From positions 225,044 to 289,043 of the forward strand of contig JACPBB010000002.1 of the NCBI GenBank assembly GCA_016180525.1: DNA of 64,000 nucleotides. The letters run 5' to 3'. Both the position numbers and the translations under genes were made by a program. The DNA comes from Parcubacteria group bacterium (lineage in GTDB: Bacteria > Patescibacteriota > Minisyncoccia > Phycocordibacterales > UBA2135). The notes under the pieces are model-generated. The model ran no database searches. It had not been told where the DNA came from and saw nothing but the letters and a program-made list of their open reading frames with translations. Shown here in pieces: positions 46,828 to 56,258 of the stretch. Positions within the stretch are counted from its first letter, which is position 1. Every line of letters starts with the position of its first letter.

Positions 46828-48266
46828 GCATCGATCTTTCACAATTGACTATTTCAAAAACTCGTAACCATTTGCTGAGAGGTGATTTTACCGTACAGGA
46901 ACTTACCGAGAGTTATTTAAAGAATATCGCCAAAAAAAATTCCGATATTAACGCATATGTAGAGATATTTGATGATGTGCTCGCGCAAGCCGAGAAGGCG
47001 GACAAAGAGATTGCTACTCAAAAAGAGAAATCGTCACCATTATGCGGGACTCCGGTTGCGATAAAAGACAATATTTTGATTAAAGGACGCCATGTTTCAT
47101 GTGGTTCCAAAATTTTAAAAAATTATAAAGCGACATATGACGCCACGGCGATTGCAAAACTGAAAGAAGCGGGGGCAGTTTTTCTGGGACGCGCGAATAT
47201 GGACGAGTTTGCCATGGGGAGCTCTACTGAACGCTCTGCATTCGGTCCGACAAAAAATCCACATGACACCCTTCGTTCTCCGGGCGGCTCCTCCGGTGGT
47301 CCTGCGGCCGTGGTTGCGATGGATGGGGCGCTGGCTTCGCTCGGCTCTGACACGGGCGGTTCAGTGCGTCAGCCGGCAAGTTTTTGTGGTGTCGTTGGCC
47401 TTAAACCAACATACGGTGCGGTATCACGATACGGGCTTGTCGCCATGGCATCATCTTTTGATCAGATTGGCCCTATTACAAAAACCGTTGAAGACGCGGA
47501 GATTGTCTTTAATGCAATTTCTGGAAAAGATCCGTATGACTCAACATCCGCTGAATCTATAACTCAAAACTCAAAACCTAAAACCTCAAAATTTACTATT
47601 GGCATTCCAAGTTTTTTGTTTGGAAAAGAGACTCCGCTTGAGGATGATGTGTTACAAAATTTTAATAATTCTATAGAGATGCTCAAAAAAGAGGGCCATA
47701 CCGTAAAAGAGGTTGAAATGCCGCTCGTTAAATATGCTTTGCCCGTTTACTATATTATTATGCCGGCAGAGGCGTCTACGAATCTTGCGCGCTTTGATGG
47801 TGTGCGGTATGGGCTCTACGCAGAAGGTAAAAATTTATTTGATGATTATGCAGATACACGCGGTGTGGGATTCGGACCCGAAGTAAGAAGGCGCCTGCTT
47901 CTTGGGGCGTATGTGCTTTCATCTGGATATTATGACGCGTATTACAGGAAAGCAGTCGCTGTTCAAAACGCTATTAGATTTGATTGTGAATCTGCGTTTA
48001 AGAATGTTGATGTGATAGTTACGCCAACTTCGCCAACCCCCGCCTTTGTTCTTGGAGAAAAATTGGAAGATCCTGTTGCCATGTATCTCTCTGATATTTT
48101 AACTGTTGTTGCAAATATTGGAGGGTTCCCCGCAATTTCCGTTCCTTCGGGCACTGTTATGCGTGGGAAGAGCAGTCTTCCGCTTGGAATTCAGTTTATG
48201 GCTCCGCACAATGAAGAAAATGTCCTATTTTCAATAGGAAAAGAATTTGAAATAATTAAGGAATAA
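46824..48266 (+). CDS. gatA: Glutamyl/aspartyl-tRNA amidotransferase subunit A (amidase signature family)
   Basis: GGSSGGPAAVVA and GSDTGGSVRQPA amidase-signature motifs; 480 aa. Confidence 0.9.
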   Translation: MSIDLSQLTISKTRNHLLRGDFTVQELTESYLKNIAKKNSDINAYVEIFDDVLAQAEKADKEIATQKEKSSPLCGTPVAIKDNILIKGRHVSCGSKILKNYKATYDATAIAKLKEAGAVFLGRANMDEFAMGSSTERSAFGPTKNPHDTLRSPGGSSGGPAAVVAMDGALASLGSDTGGSVRQPASFCGVVGLKPTYGAVSRYGLVAMASSFDQIGPITKTVEDAEIVFNAISGKDPYDSTSAESITQNSKPKTSKFTIGIPSFLFGKETPLEDDVLQNFNNSIEMLKKEGHTVKEVEMPLVKYALPVYYIIMPAEASTNLARFDGVRYGLYAEGKNLFDDYADTRGVGFGPEVRRRLLLGAYVLSSGYYDAYYRKAVAVQNAIRFDCESAFKNVDVIVTPTSPTPAFVLGEKLEDPVAMYLSDILTVVANIGGFPAISVPSGTVMRGKSSLPLGIQFMAPHNEENVLFSIGKEFEIIKE

Positions 48267-48267
48267 T

Positions 48268-48307
48268 TAGGTACTAGGAAAAATAGAGATTCCTAAAGCC
48301 TCGTGTT
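48268..48307 (+). promoter_or_regulatory. Short variant of the leader repeat (TAGGTACTAGG...TTCCTAAAGCCTCGTGTT-ATG)
   Basis: It shares both arms with the other leader copies but has a shorter stem. Confidence 0.5.
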
Positions 48308-48308
48308 A

Positions 48309-48426
48309 TGGATCCCGTTCCAAATCGCGGGCGCGAAACAACGCATATGATATATACAACAAAAATTCACATTACAAGTAACATAATGGGTCGTTGCGCT
48401 TAAGGCGCCCGCGCCCTATTTGGAAC
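48309..48426. repeat. MITE-like unit: 27-bp terminal inverted repeats (TGGATCCCGTTCCAAATCGCGGGCGCG ... CGCGCCCGCGCCCTATTTGGAACGGGATGGA) around a 65-nt core
   Basis: The arms are reverse complements with one indel. The right arm overlaps the first codons of the 48394 ORF. Confidence 0.5.
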
Positions 48427-49065
48427 GGGATGGATTTACTTGCACAAGCAACAAAAGTCGAGCAAACTGCGCAACAGGTTACTTTTTTTGATCCGAATTA
48501 TCTGAATATTCAGTATTTTTTTAATCTGGTCCCCACCTTTTTCAAATGGCTCTTTTCCATAAGTGGAGGAGCATTTTTAGACGGAACTTATATTGACAAA
48601 AGTTCTCTTGAAAATATTTTTTTGTTTTTTTCAGCTGTCCTCCTTTGGGGTAGCATTTATTCATTTTGGAAAATACGAAATATACGGAAAGAACAAAATG
48701 CTCGCTGGAGCGACATTCATATTTCAGCGCTTGAAAATGTCACGAAAACAGAACACAACAGAACCTGGGCCGAGATTCTTGACCGCCTTGATTCGTTTAA
48801 TGAATCCGACTGGAGAAGGGCGATTCTCTCTGCTGACTCCATGCTTGATGAAATGCTTGAGACAATGGGCTATCACGGAGAGACTATCGGAGAGCGGCTG
48901 AAAACGATTGAAGAGAGTGATTTTCTTACGCTTGATAAGGCGTGGGAAGCGCATAAGGTACGCAACCGCATCGCGCACGAGGGAGAGTTTGTGCTCACAA
49001 AACGAGAAGCTCGCCGCGTGATCGATCTCTACAAAGACGTCTTTGAGGAGTTCCATTTTATTTAA
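48394..49065 (+). CDS. Membrane-anchored protein with a C-terminal HEPN-like R-x4-6-H motif (RNRIAH)
   Basis: Two N-terminal TM helices. C-terminal KAWEAHKVRNRIAHEGEF. The true start may be the Met at about 48430. Confidence 0.3.
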   Translation: MRLRRPRPIWNGMDLLAQATKVEQTAQQVTFFDPNYLNIQYFFNLVPTFFKWLFSISGGAFLDGTYIDKSSLENIFLFFSAVLLWGSIYSFWKIRNIRKEQNARWSDIHISALENVTKTEHNRTWAEILDRLDSFNESDWRRAILSADSMLDEMLETMGYHGETIGERLKTIEESDFLTLDKAWEAHKVRNRIAHEGEFVLTKREARRVIDLYKDVFEEFHFI

Positions 49066-49106
49066 TACAAAACAAAATGCCCCATATGGGGCATTTTGTT
49101 TTGCTA

Positions 49107-49177
49107 TTGCGGGAGCGGGAATTGAACCCGCTTCTCAAGGTTATGAGCCTTGCGACTTACCGTCCGTCCCTCCCGCG
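49107..49177 (-). tRNA. tRNA-Met, initiator type (anticodon CAU; C1:A72 mismatch)
   Basis: CGCGGGA-GG-GAC-GGACGGTAA-GTC-G-CAAGG-CTCATAA-CCTTG-AGAA-GCGGGTTCAATTCCCGC-TCCCGCA-A. Anticodon loop CUCAUAA. Confidence 0.6.
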
Positions 49178-49266
49178 GCATGCTTTGCATCATACTCTGT
49201 TTATAAGAAAGTTTCAATGAGAAAGTATTAAAAGAAAAAGAACCCAGACTAGGTTCTTAAATATGC

Positions 49267-49671
49267 TTATTGCGAGAAACCAAAAGAATAAGAGCAACTT
49301 TTTACGTCATATATAATATCAACTCTTTTTACACCTTTTCCAAACGTGAAATTACCCATTCGTGCTCCGATGCAACCCTCAATGACGATAAAAACGGCAT
49401 ATGCCCCATATGGAACATCATGAAATTGCGCGACGGGCTTATTTCCGGAAACATACTGTTCTTCTACACCGTATCCCCGGTATCCTTTCCAGCTCTCGTC
49501 TCTGATACTTGAAAGCACTGATGTGCCCGTATAGTCTTTTACGAACACCGATACGGTCGCAAATGAATTCTGCGCGGACGCCTCTTCGGAATTGGCATGT
49601 TTTTCAGTCCATCCGAGCGCAAGAAACAGGATAGCAATAATCAAAAGCCCCCGTGATAAAAGTGAATTCAT
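49267..49671 (-). CDS. Hypothetical secreted protein (134 aa)
   Basis: N-terminal signal-like LLSRGLLIIAILFLALG. Confidence 0.3.
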   Translation of the reverse strand: MNSLLSRGLLIIAILFLALGWTEKHANSEEASAQNSFATVSVFVKDYTGTSVLSSIRDESWKGYRGYGVEEQYVSGNKPVAQFHDVPYGAYAVFIVIEGCIGARMGNFTFGKGVKRVDIIYDVKSCSYSFGFSQ

Positions 49672-49770
49672 TTTTTTGCCCCTAATGTTCTATATATATT
49701 CCTATCATGGTCTATTCACGGTTGCAACGGATTGTCTTTCCATATTTTTCATGCTATTTTGTGTTAGAAT

Positions 49771-49843
49771 GTCGGGGTAGCTCAGTTGGTAGAGCATGGG
49801 ACTCATAAACCCAAGGTCGGCGGTTCAATCCCGCCCCCCGACA
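49771..49843 (+). tRNA. tRNA-Met (anticodon CAU; elongator or Ile2-type)
   Basis: GTCGGGG-TA-GCTCAGTTGGTAGAGC-A-TGGGA-CTCATAA-ACCCA-AGGTC-GGCGGTTCAATCCCGCC-CCCCGAC-A. Confidence 0.75.
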
Positions 49844-49888
49844 CCCTGGACGAGTCACATAAAATTTTTTTATAGAACATAAAACGAT

Positions 49889-49962
49889 GCGGGCGTAGCT
49901 CAGCTGGTTAGAGCGCTTCCCTGTCACGGAAGAGGTCGCGGGTTCAAATCCCGTCGCTCGCG
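49889..49962 (+). tRNA. tRNA-Asp (anticodon GUC)
   Basis: GCGGGCG-TA-GCTCAGCTGGTTAGAGC-G-CTTCC-CTGTCAC-GGAAG-AGGTC-GCGGGTTCAAATCCCGT-CGCTCGC-G. Confidence 0.8.
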
Positions 49963-50066
49963 CAAAAATAAAGAGGACGAAGTGAAGCTTTGGCAGACTG
50001 TATTTTTATAGACAACAGTCTGAGGCTGTGCTAGTTTGAGGTAAGATATATAAAACGGAGGCACTG

Positions 50067-50453
50067 TTGAACATCCAGCTTGTGAATGAGGCGCGCGAAG
50101 CGGCTGAAGCATTGGAACAGAGTGTATTAGGGCGAATGAAACTGTACTTTGCGAAAAATTTTGGTAAGAAAATATTTCTCTGTTACGAAGGCCCCGAAAA
50201 GCATGAACATTGGACGGGGGAAAATCCTTTTTATCTCTTTTGGTGTCATGTGTGCGAACATTGGGCAAAAAATTATCCGAATGGATTCCCGGAAAAACAA
50301 CGGCTTCACTGTAGCAATTGCGATACGCGTTATAGTTTCATTCAGTTACATACGCGATTTCAAATGCTGCGAGAGTTTTTCAAACTTATTCGTAGTATTC
50401 GTAAAATGAAACGAGAGCAAGGAAGTGGCGGTGGTGGAACAGGTCTTGTGTAA
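50067..50453 (+). CDS. Hypothetical Cys/His-rich protein (128 aa), possible zinc ribbon
   Basis: CHVCEHW ... HCSNCD spacing. It lies between two tRNA clusters. Terminator AAAACCCACCCAGACGGTGGGTTTTT downstream. Confidence 0.3.
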   Translation: MNIQLVNEAREAAEALEQSVLGRMKLYFAKNFGKKIFLCYEGPEKHEHWTGENPFYLFWCHVCEHWAKNYPNGFPEKQRLHCSNCDTRYSFIQLHTRFQMLREFFKLIRSIRKMKREQGSGGGGTGLV

Positions 50454-50601
50454 TTTTTCAAAATTAAAACCCACCCAGACGGTGGGTTTTTGCATAAAAG
50501 TTAAAAATAAAATATTATGGTATTGAGTGCCGATGTAAGAGAATCTTGCATCGGCGGCACTCGGAGAAAATGAAAACAAGTTTTCATTTTACTCCTCGTT
50601 T

Positions 50602-50674
50602 GCCGATGTAGCTCAGATGGTAGAGCAACTCCATGGTAAGGAGTAGGTCGCCGGTTCAATTCCGGCCATCGGCT
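50602..50674 (+). tRNA. tRNA-Thr (anticodon GGU)
   Basis: GCCGATG-TA-GCTCAGATGGTAGAGC-A-ACTCC-ATGGTAA-GGAGT-AGGTC-GCCGGTTCAATTCCGGC-CATCGGC-T. Confidence 0.8.
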
Positions 50675-50679
50675 TCAGT

Positions 50680-50752
50680 GCCACCTTAGCTCAGTTGGTA
50701 GAGCACAGCTTTCGTAAAGCTGGGGTCCGGAGTTCGATCCTCCGAGGTGGCT
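50680..50752 (+). tRNA. tRNA-Thr (anticodon CGU)
   Basis: GCCACCT-TA-GCTCAGTTGGTAGAGC-A-CAGCT-TTCGTAA-AGCTG-GGGTC-CGGAGTTCGATCCTCCG-AGGTGGC-T. It lies 5 nt after the preceding tRNA. Confidence 0.8.
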
Positions 50753-50811
50753 TCTAAACTATATTACTAGGAAGTTCGTCGGTTCAGACATGGTATAATG
50801 AAAGTTATAGT

Positions 50812-53439
50812 ATGAAGTTTTTCTTGAACTATCTTAAAATAACACTCTTCTTCTTTTTTTTGATTGCTACCTTTGCGGGCATAGTTTTTGCGAATGCGGA
50901 AGAGGAAGATGATCTATTGGGGCAAACAAGTCTTCGAGCAGTCATTCAAATTGCGGACGAACTTGACCGTTTGCACCCTGAACTTTCCTCTGGTGAAGAG
51001 AATCTGGCGAGTGCTGTAGATGCCGTCTTCTCGGTTCGCAAAGAGGCAGCAGTTGAAGCAACCGCGCTCGGTAGACAGCTTGAAAATGTTCTGGATGATT
51101 TTAAAGGGAATCTTATAGATGTCGATTCTTTTTCTGACGAGGATTTGCCGATTGATGAAAATAAAATCATTAAAGTTTTTATTCTTGATGATGGGGCGGC
51201 ATGTGACGATCCAGACATTGTTTATGTAAGTAAGATATCAATGGGAGATACTTCAGAATGTAGCTCCAGTGGACATGGCGCAACAGTCTCACGCCTTTTT
51301 GTAGACACGGCCAAACAATTACACATTGACAATCATATAGAGCTTTACTCGATACGCACTTTTAATGAAGAAGGATATGCAGTGTGGGAAAATGAAGCAA
51401 TTCGTTATGCAGTGGATAATGGAGCGGATGTCATCAATTTATCAACTGGTTTTTATCTGTTACAAGACGAAGAAGGAAACTTTTTACTGAACCAGGACGA
51501 AGAAGGTAATTTTATACCGGATACCTATAGTGAAAGTTTCTTGGGAGCGGAAGCACTTGATTATGCGCATGGCAAAGGGGTTACTATAGTTACTGCTGCT
51601 GGCAATACTTCCGGCCTTCTCCGGGATTATGGGAAATTCCATCCGGCGTCTATCAGCGTTGGAGCGCTTGATAAGGACGGGAAACCTGCACATTGGCGCT
51701 TTGCTCTCATTGGCACAAGCGGATTGATATTTGGTGAGTCAGCGTCTTTTTTTGCCAACGGAGATGGATACGATATTGTTGAATCGACAGGTGAAATAGA
51801 AGGTGGCACATCTTTTGCGAGCCCCCGCGTCGCGGCTGTTGTTGCACAGGTAAAATTAAAACCAACAAATTCTTTCTACGACATAAATCAAAATGGGAGA
51901 TGGGACACTCCAGAAGTCGAATTTTATATACGAGTGAACCTGAATCGTTCCGAGTATGCGCCACTTCAGTTGAAAGACGGCATAAATGTGGGAGAAGAAT
52001 ACTGGGGGACTAAAAGTGATCTAGTAGATCAGATACAGCTACTTGCCTTCGATGGATTTAGGGACCCATCAACAGAAGATGTGCTGGCGTTACGAGAGTT
52101 GCTTGACGGATTTTTCATAAAATTATGGGAGGTTATTGGGGACAGAGTTGGACAAACGGAAGAGTTGCAGACGCTAAAAGAAGGAGCGAAAGAGAGAGTT
52201 GCTGCAGTCGGGTTTTTTGACTTTTCTCCGCTTCGCGATCTGCTTTCTTATCTTTTTCCATTTTTTGATGAACGGCCGGCAGATGACCTTTATGTAATTC
52301 AAAATTCTCGCCCAACTTCCTTTTATGGTTTTATAATTCAAGGATTTAATTATTTACAAAAGCCTTTTAATGAACGCGCACGCAAAAGAGAATTTTCTGG
52401 CGCCACCGGTTTGTATACCATTCAATATGTAGACAGTCTTATTGATGAATCACTGGAAAAAATATATGGTGCGGACAGGGTATTGCTTGACAGTATTTTG
52501 CGTCTCGGTGTTTCAGATGTTTCTTTGCGATCAAATGCAAGAGTAGAGACGTTGTTTACTGCAATGACTGAAACTGAAGCGGCTCTTCAAAATGATATTT
52601 TTGCGGCGATTGCCCGATTTGAAGAAGATGTCACTACTGAAGAAGCCGATGATATCGCCGCTGAATCTAGAAAAGAAATCATCCCTGAAAAATCACAGGC
52701 CACTGAAGACGTGTCAAAACAAGGACGACCCGCGATTTATTTTACAGCCGTGCCACATGGTTCTGGAGAGGTAATGCTTAAGTGGGAAACATCAGGGGCG
52801 CGAATCTGTACGGGATACAATTTTGAAACAGGAGGGAAGACAGACGGGGAAGTTGTTGTTTCTTTGCCTAAAGAAACCACTACATACGCGCTAACATGTT
52901 TAGCGGGCAATGGGAATTCAGCCCATTACTCAATTAATGTATCATCGACTCAACAAGGGTCTCTAAATTCCACTACGCCACCCACCTTCGCACCGTCGGC
53001 GCTAGCACCTACAATAGAATTGAAATCTTTATCTGACTTTACCGGTCGCAATACCACGCTCTCGTGGGAGAGTGAAAATACAGCTGTTTGTATTGGAGCA
53101 AATTTTGATACTGGCGGAAAGACATCAGGATCTGTACAAGTAACACAAACAGAAAACACGGAATATAAAATAACCTGTGTAGGCTCCGGGGGTTCGCAAA
53201 CGAGAGCTGTGGCCGTTGAGGTTTTAAAAGAGGCTGAACTGCCCAAAAACCCGACTATTACGCTCTCTCAAAAAAGTGGAAATATTATTCTCACCTGGAG
53301 CGCGCCCTCCGCAAACTGCGCGATTCGCGGCACCGACGGATTTGAATATAAAACAGAAGCAACATCGGGCTCGGTGAATGCCGGTCCTTTGAAATCCGGA
53401 ATAAACTACACAATAGAGTGTCAGGTGGAGCGGCAATAA
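50812..53439 (+). CDS. Secreted subtilisin-like serine protease (S8) with C-terminal Ig/FN3-like beta-sandwich repeats
   Basis: Signal peptide. Asp region ILDDGAACDD, His region HGATVS, Ser region GTSFASPRVAAVVA. Repeated TxxxW...C...G modules at the C-terminus. Confidence 0.6.
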   Translation: MKFFLNYLKITLFFFFLIATFAGIVFANAEEEDDLLGQTSLRAVIQIADELDRLHPELSSGEENLASAVDAVFSVRKEAAVEATALGRQLENVLDDFKGNLIDVDSFSDEDLPIDENKIIKVFILDDGAACDDPDIVYVSKISMGDTSECSSSGHGATVSRLFVDTAKQLHIDNHIELYSIRTFNEEGYAVWENEAIRYAVDNGADVINLSTGFYLLQDEEGNFLLNQDEEGNFIPDTYSESFLGAEALDYAHGKGVTIVTAAGNTSGLLRDYGKFHPASISVGALDKDGKPAHWRFALIGTSGLIFGESASFFANGDGYDIVESTGEIEGGTSFASPRVAAVVAQVKLKPTNSFYDINQNGRWDTPEVEFYIRVNLNRSEYAPLQLKDGINVGEEYWGTKSDLVDQIQLLAFDGFRDPSTEDVLALRELLDGFFIKLWEVIGDRVGQTEELQTLKEGAKERVAAVGFFDFSPLRDLLSYLFPFFDERPADDLYVIQNSRPTSFYGFIIQGFNYLQKPFNERARKREFSGATGLYTIQYVDSLIDESLEKIYGADRVLLDSILRLGVSDVSLRSNARVETLFTAMTETEAALQNDIFAAIARFEEDVTTEEADDIAAESRKEIIPEKSQATEDVSKQGRPAIYFTAVPHGSGEVMLKWETSGARICTGYNFETGGKTDGEVVVSLPKETTTYALTCLAGNGNSAHYSINVSSTQQGSLNSTTPPTFAPSALAPTIELKSLSDFTGRNTTLSWESENTAVCIGANFDTGGKTSGSVQVTQTENTEYKITCVGSGGSQTRAVAVEVLKEAELPKNPTITLSQKSGNIILTWSAPSANCAIRGTDGFEYKTEATSGSVNAGPLKSGINYTIECQVERQ

Positions 53440-53533
53440 AATATCTCGCCGTAAGCGGCACTTTTTTCAATTAAGAACAATAACCTACCCTCGCGTAGGT
53501 TTTTTCTTTGGCATTTTTTGCTATACTGCTTTC

Positions 53534-54415
53534 ATGGTCAATGATAAAAAAGCAATAGAGGCGCGCATACAGGCGATAGAAGAGGAAATGTCTATAGCCG
53601 ATTTTTGGAATAACAAAGAAAAAGCGCATGAAATGGTAAAAGAGTTAAACGAACTTAAGGCAAAAGCCGTAGGAGTAAATAAGTATGACAAAGGACACGC
53701 GATTATAACTATTTTTTCAGGGGCCGGAGGAGACGATGCGGAGGATTTTTCCCGCATGCTCTATGATATGTATCTCAAATACATTGAACGGCAAGGGTGG
53801 GGAGTTCGGCTATTGCACAAAAATGAAAATAATCATAACGGGTTTCGCAACGTGACTGTTGAGGTTGAGGGAAAAAATGCATATGGCACCCTTAAAAACG
53901 AATCAGGCGTACACCGGCTTGTGCGTGTCTCTCCTTTTTCCGCGAAAAAACTTCGCCATACGTCATTTTCAATGGTTGAGGTTATTCCCAAAATAGAAAA
54001 AAAAGAGATTGATATTTCACCGAATGACATCAAAATAGAGTTTGCTCGCTCAAGCGGGCCGGGTGGACAGAACGTAAACAAGCGGGAAACGGCTGTTCGT
54101 ATTGTTCATATTCCGACAAACATTTCCGTTCATGTTGATTCAGAGAGAAGCCAGGAAAGCAACCGCCAAAAAGCATTGGAAATTTTAAAAGGTAAGCTTT
54201 TTGTGCGGGCGGAGAAAGAACGGGCGAAAGAAGACGCGGGCTTTCATGTTTCAAAAACAACGGAGGCGGAATGGGGCAATCAAATGCGCTCGTACGTGCT
54301 CCACCCCTATAAAATGGTTAAAGACCATCGAAGCGGGGTTGAGGTAAGGGATACAGATGCGGTATTATTAGAAGGACGGCTAGATGAGTTTATTGAAAAA
54401 GAACGAGATCTTTAG
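53534..54415 (+). CDS. prfB: Peptide chain release factor 2 (short N-terminal domain; no programmed frameshift site seen)
   Basis: GGQ motif SSGPGGQNVNK; RF2-specific SPF in RLVRVSPFSAKKLRHTSF; 293 aa. Confidence 0.75.
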   Translation: MVNDKKAIEARIQAIEEEMSIADFWNNKEKAHEMVKELNELKAKAVGVNKYDKGHAIITIFSGAGGDDAEDFSRMLYDMYLKYIERQGWGVRLLHKNENNHNGFRNVTVEVEGKNAYGTLKNESGVHRLVRVSPFSAKKLRHTSFSMVEVIPKIEKKEIDISPNDIKIEFARSSGPGGQNVNKRETAVRIVHIPTNISVHVDSERSQESNRQKALEILKGKLFVRAEKERAKEDAGFHVSKTTEAEWGNQMRSYVLHPYKMVKDHRSGVEVRDTDAVLLEGRLDEFIEKERDL

Positions 54416-54534
54416 ATTGAGTATCTTTTTCAATAACCCCCTCTTTTTAGATTCTTCTAAATTTAAAAGAGGAACTCAAAAAGAGGGGGTGCTCAATTTT
54501 GCAATTACTCACTCCGTTCGTAAACAAAATTGGC

Positions 54535-55215
54535 ATGATTCACTACGACAAAGTTTCTAAAATTTATTCCGACAACTCCATCGCGCTTGATGACGTGAAT
54601 CTTTCAATTGAGCCGGGAGAATTTGTTTCTGTCGTGGGTCAGTCGGGTGCGGGAAAAACAACATTATTGAAAATGCTTTTAGCGGAGGAGCGACCCTCGC
54701 AAGGGAGTGTTTTTTTTGAGTCTGTTGATATCCACGCGCTTCCGCACAAACACATCCCTTCGTTCCGCCGCAGGATTGGTGTCATATTCCAGGACTTCCG
54801 GCTCTTGCCTCACAAGACGGCATATGAAAACATCGCCTTTGCGATGGAGGTTGCGGGTCGTACTGATGAAGAAATTGCCTCCGATGTTCCACATGTGCTT
54901 GACCTCGTGGACCTTGGAAACAAAATGTGGAATTTTCCAAGCGAGCTCTCCGGCGGGGAAAAACAGCGCATCGCAATCGCTCGCGCGATTATTAATCAGC
55001 CCGATGTAATTATTGCTGATGAGCCGACGGGAAATTTAGACCCCTTGAACACTCGTGAGATTATTGAAATTTTAAATAAGATTCATGAGATGGGGACGAC
55101 AGTGCTCCTCACGACGCACAATAAAGGGGTTATTGATGCTCTGCGCAAAAGAGTCATTACCATGGATAAAGGAAGGATTGTCCGCGACGATAAATCGGGA
55201 AGATATGTGCTGTAA
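54535..55215 (+). CDS. ftsE: Cell division ATP-binding protein FtsE
   Basis: Start placed at MIHYDKVSKIY, the typical FtsE N-terminus. Walker A GQSGAGKTT, ABC signature LSGGEKQR, Walker B IIADEPTGNLD. Confidence 0.85.
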   Translation: MIHYDKVSKIYSDNSIALDDVNLSIEPGEFVSVVGQSGAGKTTLLKMLLAEERPSQGSVFFESVDIHALPHKHIPSFRRRIGVIFQDFRLLPHKTAYENIAFAMEVAGRTDEEIASDVPHVLDLVDLGNKMWNFPSELSGGEKQRIAIARAIINQPDVIIADEPTGNLDPLNTREIIEILNKIHEMGTTVLLTTHNKGVIDALRKRVITMDKGRIVRDDKSGRYVL

Positions 55216-55223
55216 TTTACGTT

Positions 55224-55280
55224 AAGGCACTAGGCGTTAGGAAAAAATAAAAATATTCCTAAAGCCTAAAGCCTAGTTTT
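55224..55280 (+). promoter_or_regulatory. Leader repeat copy 6, ending 4 nt before the ftsX ATG (inside the ftsEX operon)
   Basis: AAGGCACTAGGCGTTAGGAAAAAATAAAAATATTCCTAAAGCCTAAAGCCTAGTTTT-ATG. Confidence 0.7.
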
Positions 55281-56225
55281 ATGTTTTGGATAAATATTAA
55301 AAGAATCATACGGTCGGGGTTTGTTAATTTTTGGAGAAATGGCTTTGTTTCCCTCGCCTCAATTCTCGTTATTACCATAACGCTGTTTCTTATCGGCTCC
55401 CTTATTTTTTTTAGCGCCGTTTTGAATTTTGCCCTTGATGAGCTTCGCAATAAAGTAGATATTAATGTTTACTTTACAACCGCCGCGCCAGAAGGGGATA
55501 TTTTAGCACTTAAGGGGAATTTAGAATCTCTCACGGAAGTTTCTTCCGTAGCGTATATTTCCCGCGACGAAGCCCTTGCCGAGTTTCGTACGCGGCATGA
55601 AAATGATTTTTTGACGCTTCAGGCTCTTGAAGAATTGGGAGAAAATCCGCTTGGTGCGAGTTTCAATATTCGTGCGACGGAGACTTCTCAATACGAATCA
55701 ATCGCGCGGTTTCTTGAAAATGTGGGTCCATCCGCGGAGGGGAACTCGTCAATCATTGATTCAATAAACTACAATCAAAATAAAGTTGCCATTGAGCGAC
55801 TGGGCAGAGTCATTGACGGGGCCGAAACACTCGGTATTGCTATTATTGTTGTCATGGCCGCTATTTCTATTGTCATTGTGTTTAACACCGTGCGTTTGGC
55901 AATTTATACCTCGCGCGAGGAAATCAGTGTCATGCGGCTTGTAGGAGCAGAGAACAGATTTATCCGCGGGCCATTTATGATTGAGGGGTTTTTGTATGGT
56001 ATTTTTTCCGCAGTCGTATCTCTTATTATTTTTTATCCGGTTACCGCGTGGATGGGGGGAGCAACGGAACGGTTTTTCGGAGGCATCAACGTGTTTGATT
56101 ATTACATAGCAAATTTCGGACAGATTTTTCTCATTATCACGGTCTCTGGAATTGTGCTCGGTGTTATTTCAAGTTATATCGCCGTACGAAGGTATTTGGG
56201 GGGAAAATATTATCAAGTAAAATAA
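55281..56225 (+). CDS. ftsX: FtsX-like permease
   Basis: N-terminal TM, large extracytoplasmic loop, three C-terminal TMs; position after ftsE. Confidence 0.7.
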   Translation: MFWINIKRIIRSGFVNFWRNGFVSLASILVITITLFLIGSLIFFSAVLNFALDELRNKVDINVYFTTAAPEGDILALKGNLESLTEVSSVAYISRDEALAEFRTRHENDFLTLQALEELGENPLGASFNIRATETSQYESIARFLENVGPSAEGNSSIIDSINYNQNKVAIERLGRVIDGAETLGIAIIVVMAAISIVIVFNTVRLAIYTSREEISVMRLVGAENRFIRGPFMIEGFLYGIFSAVVSLIIFYPVTAWMGGATERFFGGINVFDYYIANFGQIFLIITVSGIVLGVISSYIAVRRYLGGKYYQVK

Positions 56226-56258
56226 TGAGCGAAGCGAATATATTTTAACAACATTGGC

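Noticed and set aside
53440-53540. Programmed +1 frameshift site for prfB
   Set aside because: No CTT TGA C or similar shifty stop in any frame upstream of the RF2 ORF. The N-terminal domain appears genuinely short.
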